Notes under the pieces: model-generated
Database searches by the model: none
Told to the model about the DNA's origin: nothing
What the model saw: only the letters and a program-made list of their open reading frames with translations
From: Tubulanus polymorphus
Lineage: Eukaryota; Animalia; Nemertea
Direction: 5' to 3'
Length of the DNA stretch: 64,000 bases
Assembly (NCBI RefSeq): GCF_964204645.1
Contig: NC_134025.1
Location: 2,728,001 to 2,792,000, forward strand
Shown here: piece by piece, positions 42,203 to 56,000 of the stretch
How the letters are laid out: the number at the start of each line of letters is the position of its first letter
Numbering within the stretch: the stretch's first letter is position 1
Program-made: the position numbers and the translations under genes

Positions 42203-43884
42203 TTCCCATAGAGATGTCGAACGAAAACTAATTTTATCATTCAAATAAGAGGAACACATAGTATTTCTAGTTGAAAATTAGTTCGTATTATGTTACCCTA
42301 TAACTAGTGTCACTTGAACACGAAATAGTATAAGTGTTTTGCAGACCCACGTTTCAAGTATTGCTTTCAAACGTTTAGATTTTTCAGCCACATGCGATAG
42401 CTTCTACGTGACAAAAAATACTGCATAACATATCGCATTACTTAGAAATACATATCACGTAGGAAGTAAAAGTAAAATAACTCCTACTTGTTACATGTAT
42501 ATACGTATAGCCTTTCAGATAAACCGACAAAGTTTCCGAAAAAAATTATCATCATATCCATCCGTTGGTCAATGAACCCCTTCCTCGGCTTGTTTAGGTT
42601 GGTTGTATGATACGTTGAATTGATAATGCACTTGGTGAAGCCACCACTTCAAGCGAGTGTTTTTTAGAATAAACCCTGAACGTGTTAGATATCAATTCAA
42701 TAATTCATGCATGGAATTACTGCGGTCGCTGTTGTATGGGAAATTTGAAACTTTACAGGTTCATTCGCGTTCATACAATGCCTAGAATCGGAATAATTGC
42801 CACACATATACATCAGCACGACGCATAATAATTTCACGTTTCGCTATGGATGTATAAATAATGAATGAATTTCTGTTTTCATGTATACATTATAAGCAAA
42901 TTACGAATGATTTATTCAAGTCTAATGAGATACCTATCATTATTATTACATAGGTAATGAACCAAACAGTAACGTACAATGAACTCTATCTCACGCTTAA
43001 GAAATAGAGTTAATGATGTCTTACGTTCAAATTTGTAGATCCAGGGCCGTGCCTACAAAATTTATGGGGGGCAGGAGAAACCTGCCCCCATAAATTTTGG
43101 ATAGGTGCCATTTTGCATCCTTTTTTGCATGAACTGCGCTTTTTAAGTTTCTCAGTTTTAAATTTGTGAATTTATGAGTTTATTTGTAATTGAATATAAT
43201 TCCATAACTTTATTTCTCATAAATTTCAATGATTATTTTCGAGAGGATGTGCTTTGCGTCATCGATGTATCGGGTCTAGACTGGTTGCAGGTCAATTAAC
43301 TTCAATTGTCGATATATCCAAAATCCAAAATAACATAATCCATCGTAAATATTATATAATTCATATTATATTATCTATTGTCGACAATATTCAGCGATAT
43401 ATGTGTCATTTTTAAAGGCGTCAATAAACTGTCTAGTTAGTTTTCTTGTGTTCATAGTGACGATATTACTATCACTTTTGAGATTATCAGTAATAGATTA
43501 TTCAAGAAACAACAAGATATCTGAGGCACCCCTTTGTTATAGAAACACTTTGTAGACATTCTCTTCTAGCCTGAGGAAGTTATAAGAACTACTTCCCACG
43601 GGGGAGAGTACCGCTCCTAATGCATCGGAAAACTGCACTAATTGAGTCGCGCTCATTACATAACATTTTAAGGTCTATACCGATACGTGACGGAGCAAAT
43701 ATCTTTTGGAAATGATTAATCATTATACGGAAATAGATGTTCATCACTTCATGATCATCGAGTTTCCTTTATTCATTCATGCGGTCCCAATATCATTATC
43801 ATGTATGATGATGATGGAAGATGTTATAAACCAGACTGTAATTATCGCGATAGACGAACTACACACGAATACACTACAGTGGTT

Positions 43885-44185
43885 AAATGAAGAAATCCCA
43901 CACTTCGAATTTGAAATTATACTATCAAATTTATTATTATTTATTTTTTATTGCTTGGTCTGCTAATCTTAAGTTTTGACACACTGCTTTTATTTTAGAT
44001 CCTGTGAGTTTATATGCTTTGTAACTTGTTTTTCTGGTCATTCCACCTGATGATGGCTGTTAGTCAACAGCCGAAACGTTGTGGTTTCGTAATAATGAAT
44101 TTGATAGTATAATTTCAAATTCGAAGTGTGGGATTTCTTCATTTATCTACAGTTTACACGGATTATAGTGTTTATTCGACAACTA
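43885..44185 (+). mobile_element. Short Penelope-like-element terminus with 56-bp inverted arms and hammerhead ribozyme
   Basis: 12-bp direct repeat ACTACAG(T/C)GGTT at 43873-43884 and 44186-44197. Inverted arms at 43884-43939 and 44090-44145 (1 mismatch). 40-nt tail containing ACACGGATTATAGTGTT. Confidence 0.8.
44043..44084 (+). ncRNA. Minimal type-I hammerhead ribozyme
   Basis: ccac-CTGATGA-t-GGCTGTT-agtc-AACAGCC-GAAAC-GTT-gtgg: perfect stem I (ccac/gtgg), 7-bp stem II and intact core. Confidence 0.87.
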
Positions 44186-44243
44186 ACTACAGCGGTTCCC
44201 GGTATCAATGGGCTTATACTTTCTTCTTTAGATTCTCAACTGT

Positions 44244-44582
44244 CATCCTCCCCCGGCAGGGATTCGAACCTGATGGCATCGAGATTGCCACGGCACGAAA
44301 CCCTGCCATAATCGACCGTGTGCGCAGATACATGCGCAGTTCAGATGATGTGATTTTTAGCCAATCAGAAATCCCGTTTTATTTTAGCCCGGGTTTTCCC
44401 ATTTATAGTTCTTCCTTGAAATTTGCCTCAACGATTATACAACGAGCAATCTGATTGGTGCCGCCAGTTTTCGTTCGGAAAGCTGCGCATGTACCTGCGC
44501 ACCCGGTCTAATGATGCAGGGGTTCGTGCCGCGGCTGAGTGTAGCGATGCCATCAGGTTCGAGTCCCTGCAGAGGGAGGATG
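44244..44582. mobile_element. Mutator/MULE-like MITE with ~100-bp TIRs containing tRNA-type B boxes
   Basis: 9-bp TSD CTCAACTGT at 44235-44243 and 44583-44591. Imperfect TIRs at 44244-~44340 and ~44482-44582, each containing CAGGTTCGA(G/A)TCCCTGC. Confidence 0.75.
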
Positions 44583-47500
44583 CTCAACTGTGCTAGAAAA
44601 TCGTAAGCGAAACGACCATGTCAAATGGTTCGATGGCGCGCTGTCACGTGAGTCCAGACCCCGGATGTCAGATGATCGGAATGAAGAAACGAAGTTTTTG
44701 TTTCGTTAACGATCACCTAATCCCGATGAGACCATTTTATGTAAGAGTTGTAGCAGCGAATGACACGATTTAATCCGGGATCCTGTCAAGCGGACCTGAT
44801 AATGAATCTTGATTTATTTTCCTTGTACCTCACCTCGGTCGGCGCCAATTTTTACCGTTCCATGCCTTCAAGAGCTGAACACACAATTTTGTTCGGTTAT
44901 TTGCGCTACATTCCATCTGTAATTGAAATTTTCATTCTGTCGTGATTGCTTTCCCGCTGAGCAGTTCATTTGCGTACTTTCAAATAACACGCTTTCGCGG
45001 AAAAGAGCACGGCCGCGAATTATTCCCGACTCAATTTTCCTTGCCTTATTAACACTTGAACAGTGTACGGCCCTACAATCGCTAGCAATAGAATGTCGTA
45101 TGTTCGTTTATCAGAGAATGATTTCGAAATGTAGCAGAAAAGTGAGACGTGTGTATTAGACCCTCTTCAAGGTTGTTCGATGTCTATAGAGTCGAATGGT
45201 ATGTGGAAATATAGACATCTGCGTTATATTGGCCGGATTCCCGCCTGTTCCGTTCAGCCAGTTTTATTGTGTGTGGTTATTACTTACCTTCACGTTTCTA
45301 ATTACAAGTGATTAATTGAAAATACACAACATTCAGTGATCATTCCATTTATTGTATGTCGGTGTGACGTGTTTGTTCCCGCGTGCTGGGGATTTCGCAA
45401 ATGGAAATGAGCGTATAATTAATGGAAATACCCATCGTGGCAACTTGCGTGTTGATCTCATTGAGAAACGGCTTATGTTTCTAACAAACGGGAGAAAATG
45501 AAACTTCTCTTTCCGCTGTATGCATTCCTTCAGGGGCTCATTAACGTTTACAACACTACAGACAAATTCTACGTGGAAGTTATATCAATTTTCTTCGAAA
45601 CAAAAGTATACGGTTTGTTTTACAGCCAGCATGGAAACGTGACTTCGGGTGTTAAAAAGAATGATTCTAGATGAAGCGATTACAGTTAGACGGAATCAAT
45701 TTTTTCATCTTGTCGTATATGGTTTTCTGTTTCTAGTCTCTCGACGATAGATTTTCGATATTGCGCATGATGTGCTATTGGCAAGCTACGCTTCTATCAA
45801 GTGTTTACCAAGTAAAGCCATTTTGGGGTATATGAACTTTTCCCGTTTACCTTTTTAAATCGATAAACATTTTTTTCCCGGTTAGAAATGTTCATCGCCT
45901 GTCGCGTATGAATGGCTCTTTACATTTCATTTAATGAAATTTGATTCATTTGAAAAAAACGTATATATTAAAAAACGTATATTTTCTACTCGATGTTTAC
46001 ATAATTTCCGTCTGAATTTTCGTTCGGAGAAAAAAAATCATCAATTCGATACTTCGTGCATATATGTACCATATGTTGTGACAGTCGCGCCCGCTTATTA
46101 CATATATTAAAAATTTCTAGCTTTCAGAAGCAAAAATGAATGATTCGTGGCCTGAAAACGATGATTTATTGGAAAATCTCTACACCGCGTATCTGATATA
46201 GGAGCCGCTCGTTTCGATTGGAAATCAACGCGCATTTCAGAAAAATAACATGACTGATGGTATTTGCAGGACAAATAATTATTAATGGGCTATTTTATCC
46301 CAAAAGTATAAATTTCTACGGCGTAAGAACTTTGTACATCGGTTTGTAGTGTGTCATGGGTATCGCACCATTATTGCACTCAATGCATGCATTTTATTGA
46401 CTTAAGACGCGTTATCAATCAAGAGTTATTCTAAACGAAGGTTGAACTAACTCCGTCCTGAAAGAAGAGCATCCAGGCCTCCCGTCAACAGAGATTTTTT
46501 ATTAGTGGATTTTACGGAGATTTCGAGTCCGATTTCCGAGAATTCTTTCCATAAACACGTATACGCACGGGCACAATTTATCGTTATCATATTTTATGTG
46601 AAAGGTAACACGTTAACGATCGCTCATGCATGCTACTGCACGAAGCGCATACAATTCAAATATATCTATAAACCCTGAATTTGTTCAGAGTTTACAGTCG
46701 GCATCAGATAAGGCGTATCTGTTTTTCGAATAAGTACTTTTATTACTGGACATGGACGTGTCACTCGAAGAATTATGAGTTTTGATTTTGCTATTTGATA
46801 ACCAATCACTTCCTGTTTATGTGCATCATTTTCTGAGAATTCAGTAATTCATCCGCCATCGTGCTCCGTCGGTCATTATCATTTCTGCTCTCGAGTTCTG
46901 CCTGGTCACGAACTAAATGATCAAGTTCAAGTATCTAATTGAAAGTCTAAATCTCTGACGTGCCACACTCAAAAGTGCATGATGTAAACTAATCCTGATT
47001 TTGACATCTCTGCGCGGATTCATAGTTGATGATAGCCTCGGATTGCAAATGCAAGACAATTCCCTCTAACAAAAGCATTATATCATATTACAATAAGATA
47101 TTACTCCAATCGCACTAGAAACATTTCGAACGCTGTATTATTATTATTATTTCTGAAGTTAAATCAGCGTTATTTGACTTATGAATTTTCATTGTGTACA
47201 CATAATTTCAAACGTAGCTGGCACTGATATTGTGTGTTCAGCAGCTTTAGACATTGAAGATGATGTGAATATATTCGGCGATGTTATCAGTTTCAGCCGC
47301 GGTCCATTGATTTCGAAGTTTGTCATATGAGATGTTAGAATAGAAATAAATCCAATAAACACTGAAATTGATTATCGCACAAAAGCTGAATCTTAATTTA
47401 CAACCATGAGAATTTGTGTGCTGTTCAGGACAGCTTTCTTTACCGCGAAGATTGATGATTATGTAAAATGTAAATCAATTCTTTAATCAATTGGTGGTTG

Positions 47501-50500
47501 GCATGTTTTCCCTTCTTGACCGTGGTATAAAAGACTACGGGTGGTAAAATGTATTCACAAGGACGCGATAACATTTCAGCCAATACACGTCCGGCCTCGT
47601 ATGTATTCATTTACAACACGACATAAGAAAGGATTGTGGAAATTACGGGTCTTAAATATCGAGTCACGAAGTGCGAAGGAAGTCATTACTCCTACCTCCA
47701 GGCACATTTTGAATCTGGGTTCGTAACCTTATTACAAAAATTACCGCCGTAGAAAAAGACGACCACCCGAATAAATCGCTCGTATGACACGTATTTTACA
47801 TCAGGATATCGATAAAGATATGGAGATTTTTAGATTTTTGCAGCTCTTGAAGAATCGATTGGCACTCAATAACCTGCAAAAGCTGATAGAAATAAGTCAG
47901 AAAAACGGTCGAGTTACCACTAGATTTTAAACATTTTCAGCTGTTTTGTGATCTCGATGTATACGTGACATCGAAATTTTTGTGTAGCAATAAAAAAAAA
48001 TTCGATATCGAAGTACATTTTTATGGCTTATTTCTTCTGTTCTCGTGGCTTTGTTTAGGTTGCTCAAATTCATGCAAATGTGGTACTGAATTATTCCTGT
48101 TTGACAACGAGCACGGTCGGTGAGACAAGTTAGTTATTAGCTCAATATACCGGCCACCATTTAAATGTATAGGGAGGTTTAGCTGTTGCTTTAAATCATG
48201 AATATTCAATGAATAGAAATTAATTTTTCCCGGTCGAATTTCAGTCCTTGACTGCATCCTGAATGCGATATGAGGTAATGTATGGAATCGTATAGAGTTA
48301 CCGTGTGAGCTCGGTGTATGATAAATATCTATATATGTTTGTGTCGAGAGTTAATAAAACTTATTGGTCCATTATTCACACTGTCACATAAGCTGATATA
48401 TAATCGACTGGATGGAAGATTGATGTAACTACTATCCGCAGGTAGCACACACTTCTCAGACATGATAAAACAAAGATCCGATGAATCGCTAATTATTCAT
48501 ACCATACCGAGAAGGTTATACAGCGTAATAAAAGCCTATCTCTGTCTTCGACTGCTACACAACTGATCTATTGCTATAAAACTGATCTATATCCATCACC
48601 ATTCGTTTCGGTGCATTCTGTATGATAACGTCAATTGAGATGACATCTAAACCGAGATGATACCGTACATGGTAAGCCAGGTAATTTTGTGGAGCTTCAT
48701 TTAGTTGCAAGTGATACGACGGTTTAGAAGGGTCGCTGAGTGCGTGAAACGCTTTAACCACCAGTAATAGCGCCATAGGAAAATGATGCCAATATGAACT
48801 CGTAAATTGATACAGAACACTCATATGACAATTCTATTACTAATTAACACCCCGTGGGCCCCAGTTTAGAATGATTCAACTTGTTCTAAATATTAGAAAT
48901 TCAATTTTCTTTCATTTCTACGTTGATAGCAGATATTCATTTCAGATGTTGTTTTGCAAATTGGGAAAAAATATGTGCAAGAAAAGCTGCGACTTGGCAG
49001 TCGTATGATAAAATAATGCAACATATTGACAAAACATCATTAACGTCAGCATATTTCTTTCCGGAGTGAAATCAGTCAAGTGGAATTGTATCGCCTGGTT
49101 CAATGAGCCACCATTATCCACCCATCAGTGATTATTACACTTAATATCCATATCGTCTAAAAACTGTATTTCTTGTTCATAGCGCGAATGGAAATCGAAC
49201 CGGGTCGTATTCCAGGCCCCCAAATTTCCTGTCCATTAATTTTCACACCCAGAGCAGATACATTTTCACGGTTTCTCGGCAGTTCTTGTATACGTGTTCA
49301 GGCAAATAATCAGTTTTCGTTAGTGCCACCGCCTGATTACTTTAACCTTGAATACTTGAATAGATGATATGATTTGTGTTTTACAAACCACTATTGCGAT
49401 ATACCTGGAAAATCTAATATCTCTAAATGTATATATCAGACACTGGGAGATGAATTTGCAGAAATAAAACTATTCGACAGAGCTGTATTGCTTCAAAAAT
49501 AACAAATTCAAATCGATTACAGTTGAATCATCGAATAGAGTTGGATGTGGCTGATTTGAATTTAAATTGAAAACTGTCGCAGTCTTGTCATTATTCATTA
49601 TAGTATGTGTTTAGTACTGCGATGGTAAATTACAGGTTGTCTTGAGAGAACAGTTCAAGGCTATACATGCACCAGTTAATTTAATTGTCAAGATTGACTC
49701 ATTTGAAGCATCGTTGATTACAGATGTAATTGTGTAAAAGCAGATTTGTAGAAACATAGATTCTGCTCATGCACACGGGATAATTTTATAACACCTCACT
49801 TTAGCCAAACTGCCAAAATACTACAATCAAACCCAAACGCTAATTTTGCTTGGTCGTTCCATTTTCCTGGGCTAGTCACCTCTAGGAAATGTGTTCCGCT
49901 GACGGCCATCTTGAAATCAGAAGTTTTCATTGTTCGTTATCCATGTGTAAAGAATATGGATTCATTCATAAATGTCACACGTTTTTAGCAACATAAGATG
50001 AAACCGATTTCATCTTGAATTACAGCGAGTTTTCGGCGATTTTAACTACGGATGTTGGTGCATTGCCAAAGTGGCTTTTAAAGTATAGATCCCGAAGCGC
50101 CTCGGTTCGGTTTGAAGACAATAATCAATTTTCATTTAAAAATCACTTGACATTAAAACGTTGTTTATTTTTATAGACAGGCCTCCAGTTAGATTTATTT
50201 TTCATCTTTCATATTCTGACGAACAACGCGATTGTTGTTATTCTGAAATCACGACTATCTTTAGTAACTGTTCAAGGTACGTGGTTCCCTGAAGGTTAGA
50301 TAGCACAGCATAGTAAAAATAAATGAAAACTAAACTGAAAAAGTCGGAGAACGTTTGATACAACGGGCTCTCATTTCGATAATCGATAATTTGAATCGAT
50401 GAAAATGGTAAAATCTTTTATGTAAATTCTTCACCAGAACTGTGTATAATCTTGGAGTTAATCAAAGGTGGGATAATACTTTTCGACAGACTTAACATTT

Positions 50501-52934
50501 GTCGATTCAAACGTCTTCTAATCCCTTATTCAATCATGCATTATAGCTTTTCAAATGTGATTGGACACCATCGATTTCTGATTTAGTGTCACCACTCAAG
50601 ATACAGCTGCCATTTCAAGATACCTCTTGTAGCGATGTAACTGGATCACATCTGCAATGGTTATTATCAAATTCATTTTTATTATTTAGAAATGAACTGC
50701 AAAGACAGGAAAAAATCGATTAATTTCTCCGCGTGTTCTTTTACTTCTTATTTTTGTTGTATTTATGAAGAAATTCGATAAAAGATGATTTATACGATGA
50801 TCCCAGGGGCCGGTTAAACAACCTTGATAAAATCTTTTATCGCTGTCACTATATTTCGCATGTCACGCAAGTTGCCCGGGTAACTATGAAAACGGTAAGA
50901 CGATAATCATATTCGACTTCAATCCCTTGTTGATTATTTCAGCTATAAGTGGAACCAATTGGAATATCGAAAAGATATTATGTTAAAGATGACTCCTGTG
51001 TATACTCAGGTGCCGCACTCCACGCCTTGACGGCTAAAATTTTTGAATGCGTCTGGTGGCCCTCACAGCGAAAACACTTAGTTTGAAAGAAAAAACAATA
51101 GCAATATTTTGTATCAAAACAATGAATATCTTCCGAGACATCATCATCGACAGTAAAATGTCTTGAAGGTAATTAGTCTCTGAATTACTATTCTGCTCAA
51201 TACCACTGATATCTGGTTATTTCTAAGATGAAGCATGATTCTAGATTTTGCACCGTTATTCTTATCGAACGCGTATTTCAGCATAGCGGGTGCGCATCGG
51301 AAATTTCAATAAATTGACACCGAATTGTAAACGATTTGATATAATTAGGCTGCGTACTTAGGAAAGGGTAGGGTACCTACTTAATTATTGCCAAAGGGGC
51401 ATCCCATACGCTAGCCATAATTCGGTCAATTGTTAGTAGAAACGTTATGAATCTAAACAATTAACCGCTGATTGAATTTCTTGCTAGCGTTCCCTGGTTC
51501 CATTATGACACACGACGATTTCAAGGACGTTGATGAAATCTTCCACATTTACATAATTATATCTTACTAATAATATCAGGAATTAAATGATGTGACAGAT
51601 GAACATCATTGAACATCATTCTACGCGTCGATCGAACTGCAAATCATAACTTGTCACAGCTCCATTTGCTGAAATGCTGACATACGCAAAAAAATTCTAG
51701 TGTTGAAAAATATTAATTTCATAGCCCGTTTACCGACGAGTTGTCAAGATAGGACTAATAACATACACCCAACAATGCTCAAGTGGGACATCAGCTACTT
51801 CAGTAGAAATATACATTGCCGCGATAAAATAACATAAGATCATAGTCATATCACTTGTGTTCGCTTGAAAACTCTCCAGTTTTCTATATTAGACACGCAA
51901 AATTAATAATCAGAAACTTAATTGCTCTCAACGAAAAAGGACAAAGGTCTGCGCTTGCTTATTAGAAGATCCTCTTCCAACCTCAAAAATGAGAACTTTT
52001 TATACGTTCTACGATAATCGCTGTGGTATTGTTTGATGGTTGGTCGTCATATGTTCTTGATATATTCTTGGAACCGACATTTTTTCTACTCTTTCGCCAT
52101 GACACGTTTACTTTTATCGATGAAACGACAAATCTCTTTCATGGAAAAGTGAATGGATTACTTAAGCGGCAATTTTTATCCAGACGGCGATACCGGAAGG
52201 GGAGATTAACCGGTTCTGGTGCGCACTACGGCTTCATATCGATACAGTCTACATAACTATGAAATATATTATTATAAAGATATGAAACTAATTGAAATTG
52301 AAACTATGCATTAATGAAAAATATGCGTGCAAGCTCATGAGGGTGATTTGCGTGCAATTCTTTCATGCTCCACATGATTTATACTTCGAGATTTGCAACA
52401 TTTTAATGTTTATGGCAATTTTTGCTTTGATGTTTTAATGCTATCGGGAGTTATGAAGTGCTTCTGAAATTACGAATTAATAATTGAATATAAGCATTTA
52501 GTGTACACGACAGCGGGTATTTTGTTTATCGGCGTTTATTTATACAGAATAGAATTACCGCCGTATCAACCCTGGATATTGAATTTTCAGGTAGAGGAAA
52601 CCAACGATGACATGACAAAGTGCTCTCTGATTACATCGTGCCTACTAAATCACTGATATTACGAGGCATCGATGATAATACATTACAAGCAACATTTTAA
52701 AAGCAATGATAAAATGAAAACCACTTGGTAATTAATGAAAAACGATTTCTTAAAAATGGCGTGATGCTAAAAACTCATAAAGCTGGGTATCACATTATTC
52801 TTCCCTAGTGTATGTAGTGTCAGAGGCTCGTATTGCTTGATGTGCTTAAAGTCACATCACTCCTGTTTCGTATAACATCTTACTGTCTAATTTAGATCCT
52901 TTGTTCTGGATTTCAGAGTCCATAGTATACCTCT

Positions 52935-53058
52935 TTGTTGTAACTTTATTCTTGAAGATGTCATAGTCGAAACGTCACAACAGACTGCTCCATCAAGGAA
53001 ATATTTCGGACTCTGTTTTCATTTTAGTTGTTTGATTTTACCACACGGACAGGGCGTT
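52935..53058 (+). mobile_element. Degenerate hammerhead-bearing Penelope-like terminus
   Basis: TTGAAGA-tgtcatagtc-GAAAC-GTC at 52952-52976, with an altered core and disrupted stem II. Downstream TTCGGACT and ACACGGA...GCGTT resemble the other copies. No TSD was found. Confidence 0.45.
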
Positions 53059-56000
53059 TCATCAATGCTTATCAGCTAACGTCTTCTTTCTCATACGCTG
53101 GCTTCTTTCTTGTCTTTCTCTCATATATTTGTTAAAACTTTGTACCATTCAATTCGATTTTTTTCTCTAATGGATCTAATGGAAACGGATCTAAATCTGC
53201 CGTTATTCCAAATGCTGACCGCATGCAGTGACATGTCACATGTCGATGATCACAAACTGATGTCGATTATTGGTTGTAAACAAATGCAACGATCCATTAG
53301 TACTTAATAAATGTCTGATTGTACAAGCCAATAATTTTCTTGCAGCTGTACTGATCATAACTAAAAACTCATTCATTGAAGGTCCTATTTGCGTAATGCA
53401 CCATTTAATACCATATGTCGACTCATCTAATCATTGTATTGATTGAATTCTCAGAGATTTAAAACAAAAGACCAAGGCTATCGATATATACGTTTATACA
53501 TGGACAGAAGATTCAAGGTCATATAACTGAATAAGATATGAACCATAGATGATAATGAATGGGAAATGATAATCGATCGGTTGCATGGAAAAATGGAAAA
53601 AAAGCATACGTTAATAGTTTAATCAACGTTAATCTTAGCATCATCAAAATCATTCATTATATCTGCAGCTGTGCGTTTAGGTCGATTTAGTTTTTATCGA
53701 ATTCTTTTGTGCTAATTTCATGCGAAATTCATCCGATCGAAGAACTCGGAATTTCACGCATGGAAATGTCTAAAAGCTTGATTAATTTCGTTGAAAGCAG
53801 TAGCTGCGATAGTTTCAACATCTCTCAGCCTGTTTTTGTGAACGTTTCGAGTCGCTTTGCTGTGGGAATCTAATTTATTTGCTGGAGTATGGTTGTGCAT
53901 AGTCGCTGCGGCTGTCACACGAGCTATCGCTCAATCTCGGAGAAAACCCGGATGGTTTCTTATTCACTGTCTCTTCATGTGACTTCCTAAAGGATAATCG
54001 GTGATCGCTCTTCGCTGACTAAAACTAATTCAACTGGCACACTGCCATGTGTGTCAATATTGGCGTATGGGCTGCTGCTCTATTTTCTCAATTATCGAAG
54101 TTTCAGCGACAGAATATCGGGTGTCAAATTCGATCTGTCCAATGAATTTTCTAAATTCTCGAAGTAGAGCACGATTCAGTATTACCCGCACCAGAAAATC
54201 AACGCGTCATTAATAATGGATGGTCCAGGGGCTGAGATATAGTCCTGACCTTGGTCAATTATCTTCTGCAGTGGTATCTTCATCCAGTCTCATCAATATT
54301 TAATGGAGAATGGCATCGATATATAGTATGTTCAATGCCGACTATTATGTACATCACGTGAGAATATTAGAAAATTCTGCTTTGATTTAAGTATCTCGCA
54401 TTTTCTTGTTGAAAACGCTCTGCTTTCCTGGAATAGACAAAAGGAAATTGTCGCTCTAATATTTCTCCAATGTTGAATTACGCAGAAATAGACATCTCGG
54501 AATATCTTTACCGCGAAAACCATTTCTCATCTTTCTGTCCAACTTTGTTTATCTGTATTTTCGAATTGTGTCGCTTTGATGATCAGTATTAGTGCATATG
54601 AGTCGATAGAACGTCGAACAGTATAACAACATGGTTTCCAGCACACATCCGTCAATTTACAATAAAAGCTGAATTCATAATGTCTTCCATTTATTACTGT
54701 ATCCAGGTGCTAGCGGAACGTGTGTTCAAACGTGTCAATGATTTTCATCTAGCTGATTAACAAAATATTTACGAGTCAAAACTTGATTAAATGTACCTTT
54801 TATTCATATTAAAATTTACACTATACGGATGACACTACGTTTTCATAAGTACTTATATCATATTATGTATATTATACTTATCTATTATATACTATGTATT
54901 TATATATTATATGTATATAAGTACATATATGATGCATTGGATATAAGCTGTAATACGCGTCAGTTAATCCGGGGTCATGACCATCAAGCACGATTGCATT
55001 TGAATAATGAAAATCCTGTCATTATTTCTAGCGGTTATCATTTCTAGCATCAATATTGAATACCTGCAGTACCCCCAGTATCGTTCTCCATGATTCCAGT
55101 TGAAAATAGCCTTTCTCATATTGCATTAAAATTCTATTGCATTGACTTAATGATAACAAATTGATCGGCTCCTACGTCCTTGTGACGTAAAAGCTGGCTT
55201 GCGTGCTCAGTTCGCATTTTCTTTCTTTCATTTATTCGGAGATGAAAGAACGTGTAAAAACCACTGCCCTAGATTGATTCTGTTAATGAAATGGAATTAA
55301 TTTTGCATATGTCTTCTATATGGAATTTTTCATCGATCATGCGCCAGGAGATAATCCTGGCCGCACATGTTGTAACTTTAATGAAAGAAAAGACAAGCTG
55401 TTCAGTAGTTTACGGTTCGTATTTTACCTAATTAAATGGATTGCGCAGAAAAATGAATTCTAGTCAAAGTAGTCTCGGAAAACTGCGTGAGTCACTGCCG
55501 TTTTAACATAATTCTTGTTTTTTTCTGCGTGGTAGTTTTTGTCCCTGGCAAGAGATGTCGTCCCTGACTTGATTTTTGAGTCGTTACTTGGAATAGTAAT
55601 AAACTGACGCTCCAAGGTCTTTTGGTAAATCAGCAGAAAACACACCATCCGCATAATAGCTTCCAAGTCTTTGTGGCATTTCACATGTTGTTGCGATTGC
55701 ACTTGTCACAGCGTGAATCTGGTTAAAGATTTTTCGATTTTTCGCGCGTTTATAGCTTCAAATATAGTGGGCGATGTGAAAACTAGTTCAAAAATGTCAG
55801 AACATAAACTTTCTATATCAACTGTGGGTTCGGTCTACCAGGCAAGTTCAGAAATATACATCAAATTAAGAAACACGCCAAGAATAATCGCATTACATCA
55901 GATGAATATAAATACAGCTGTGAAAATGTCTGTATTTGCCTATAGTCGCAGCTTTTCATAAAAGATAAGTTAGAATCAACGTCGTTATGTTGATAAAATT

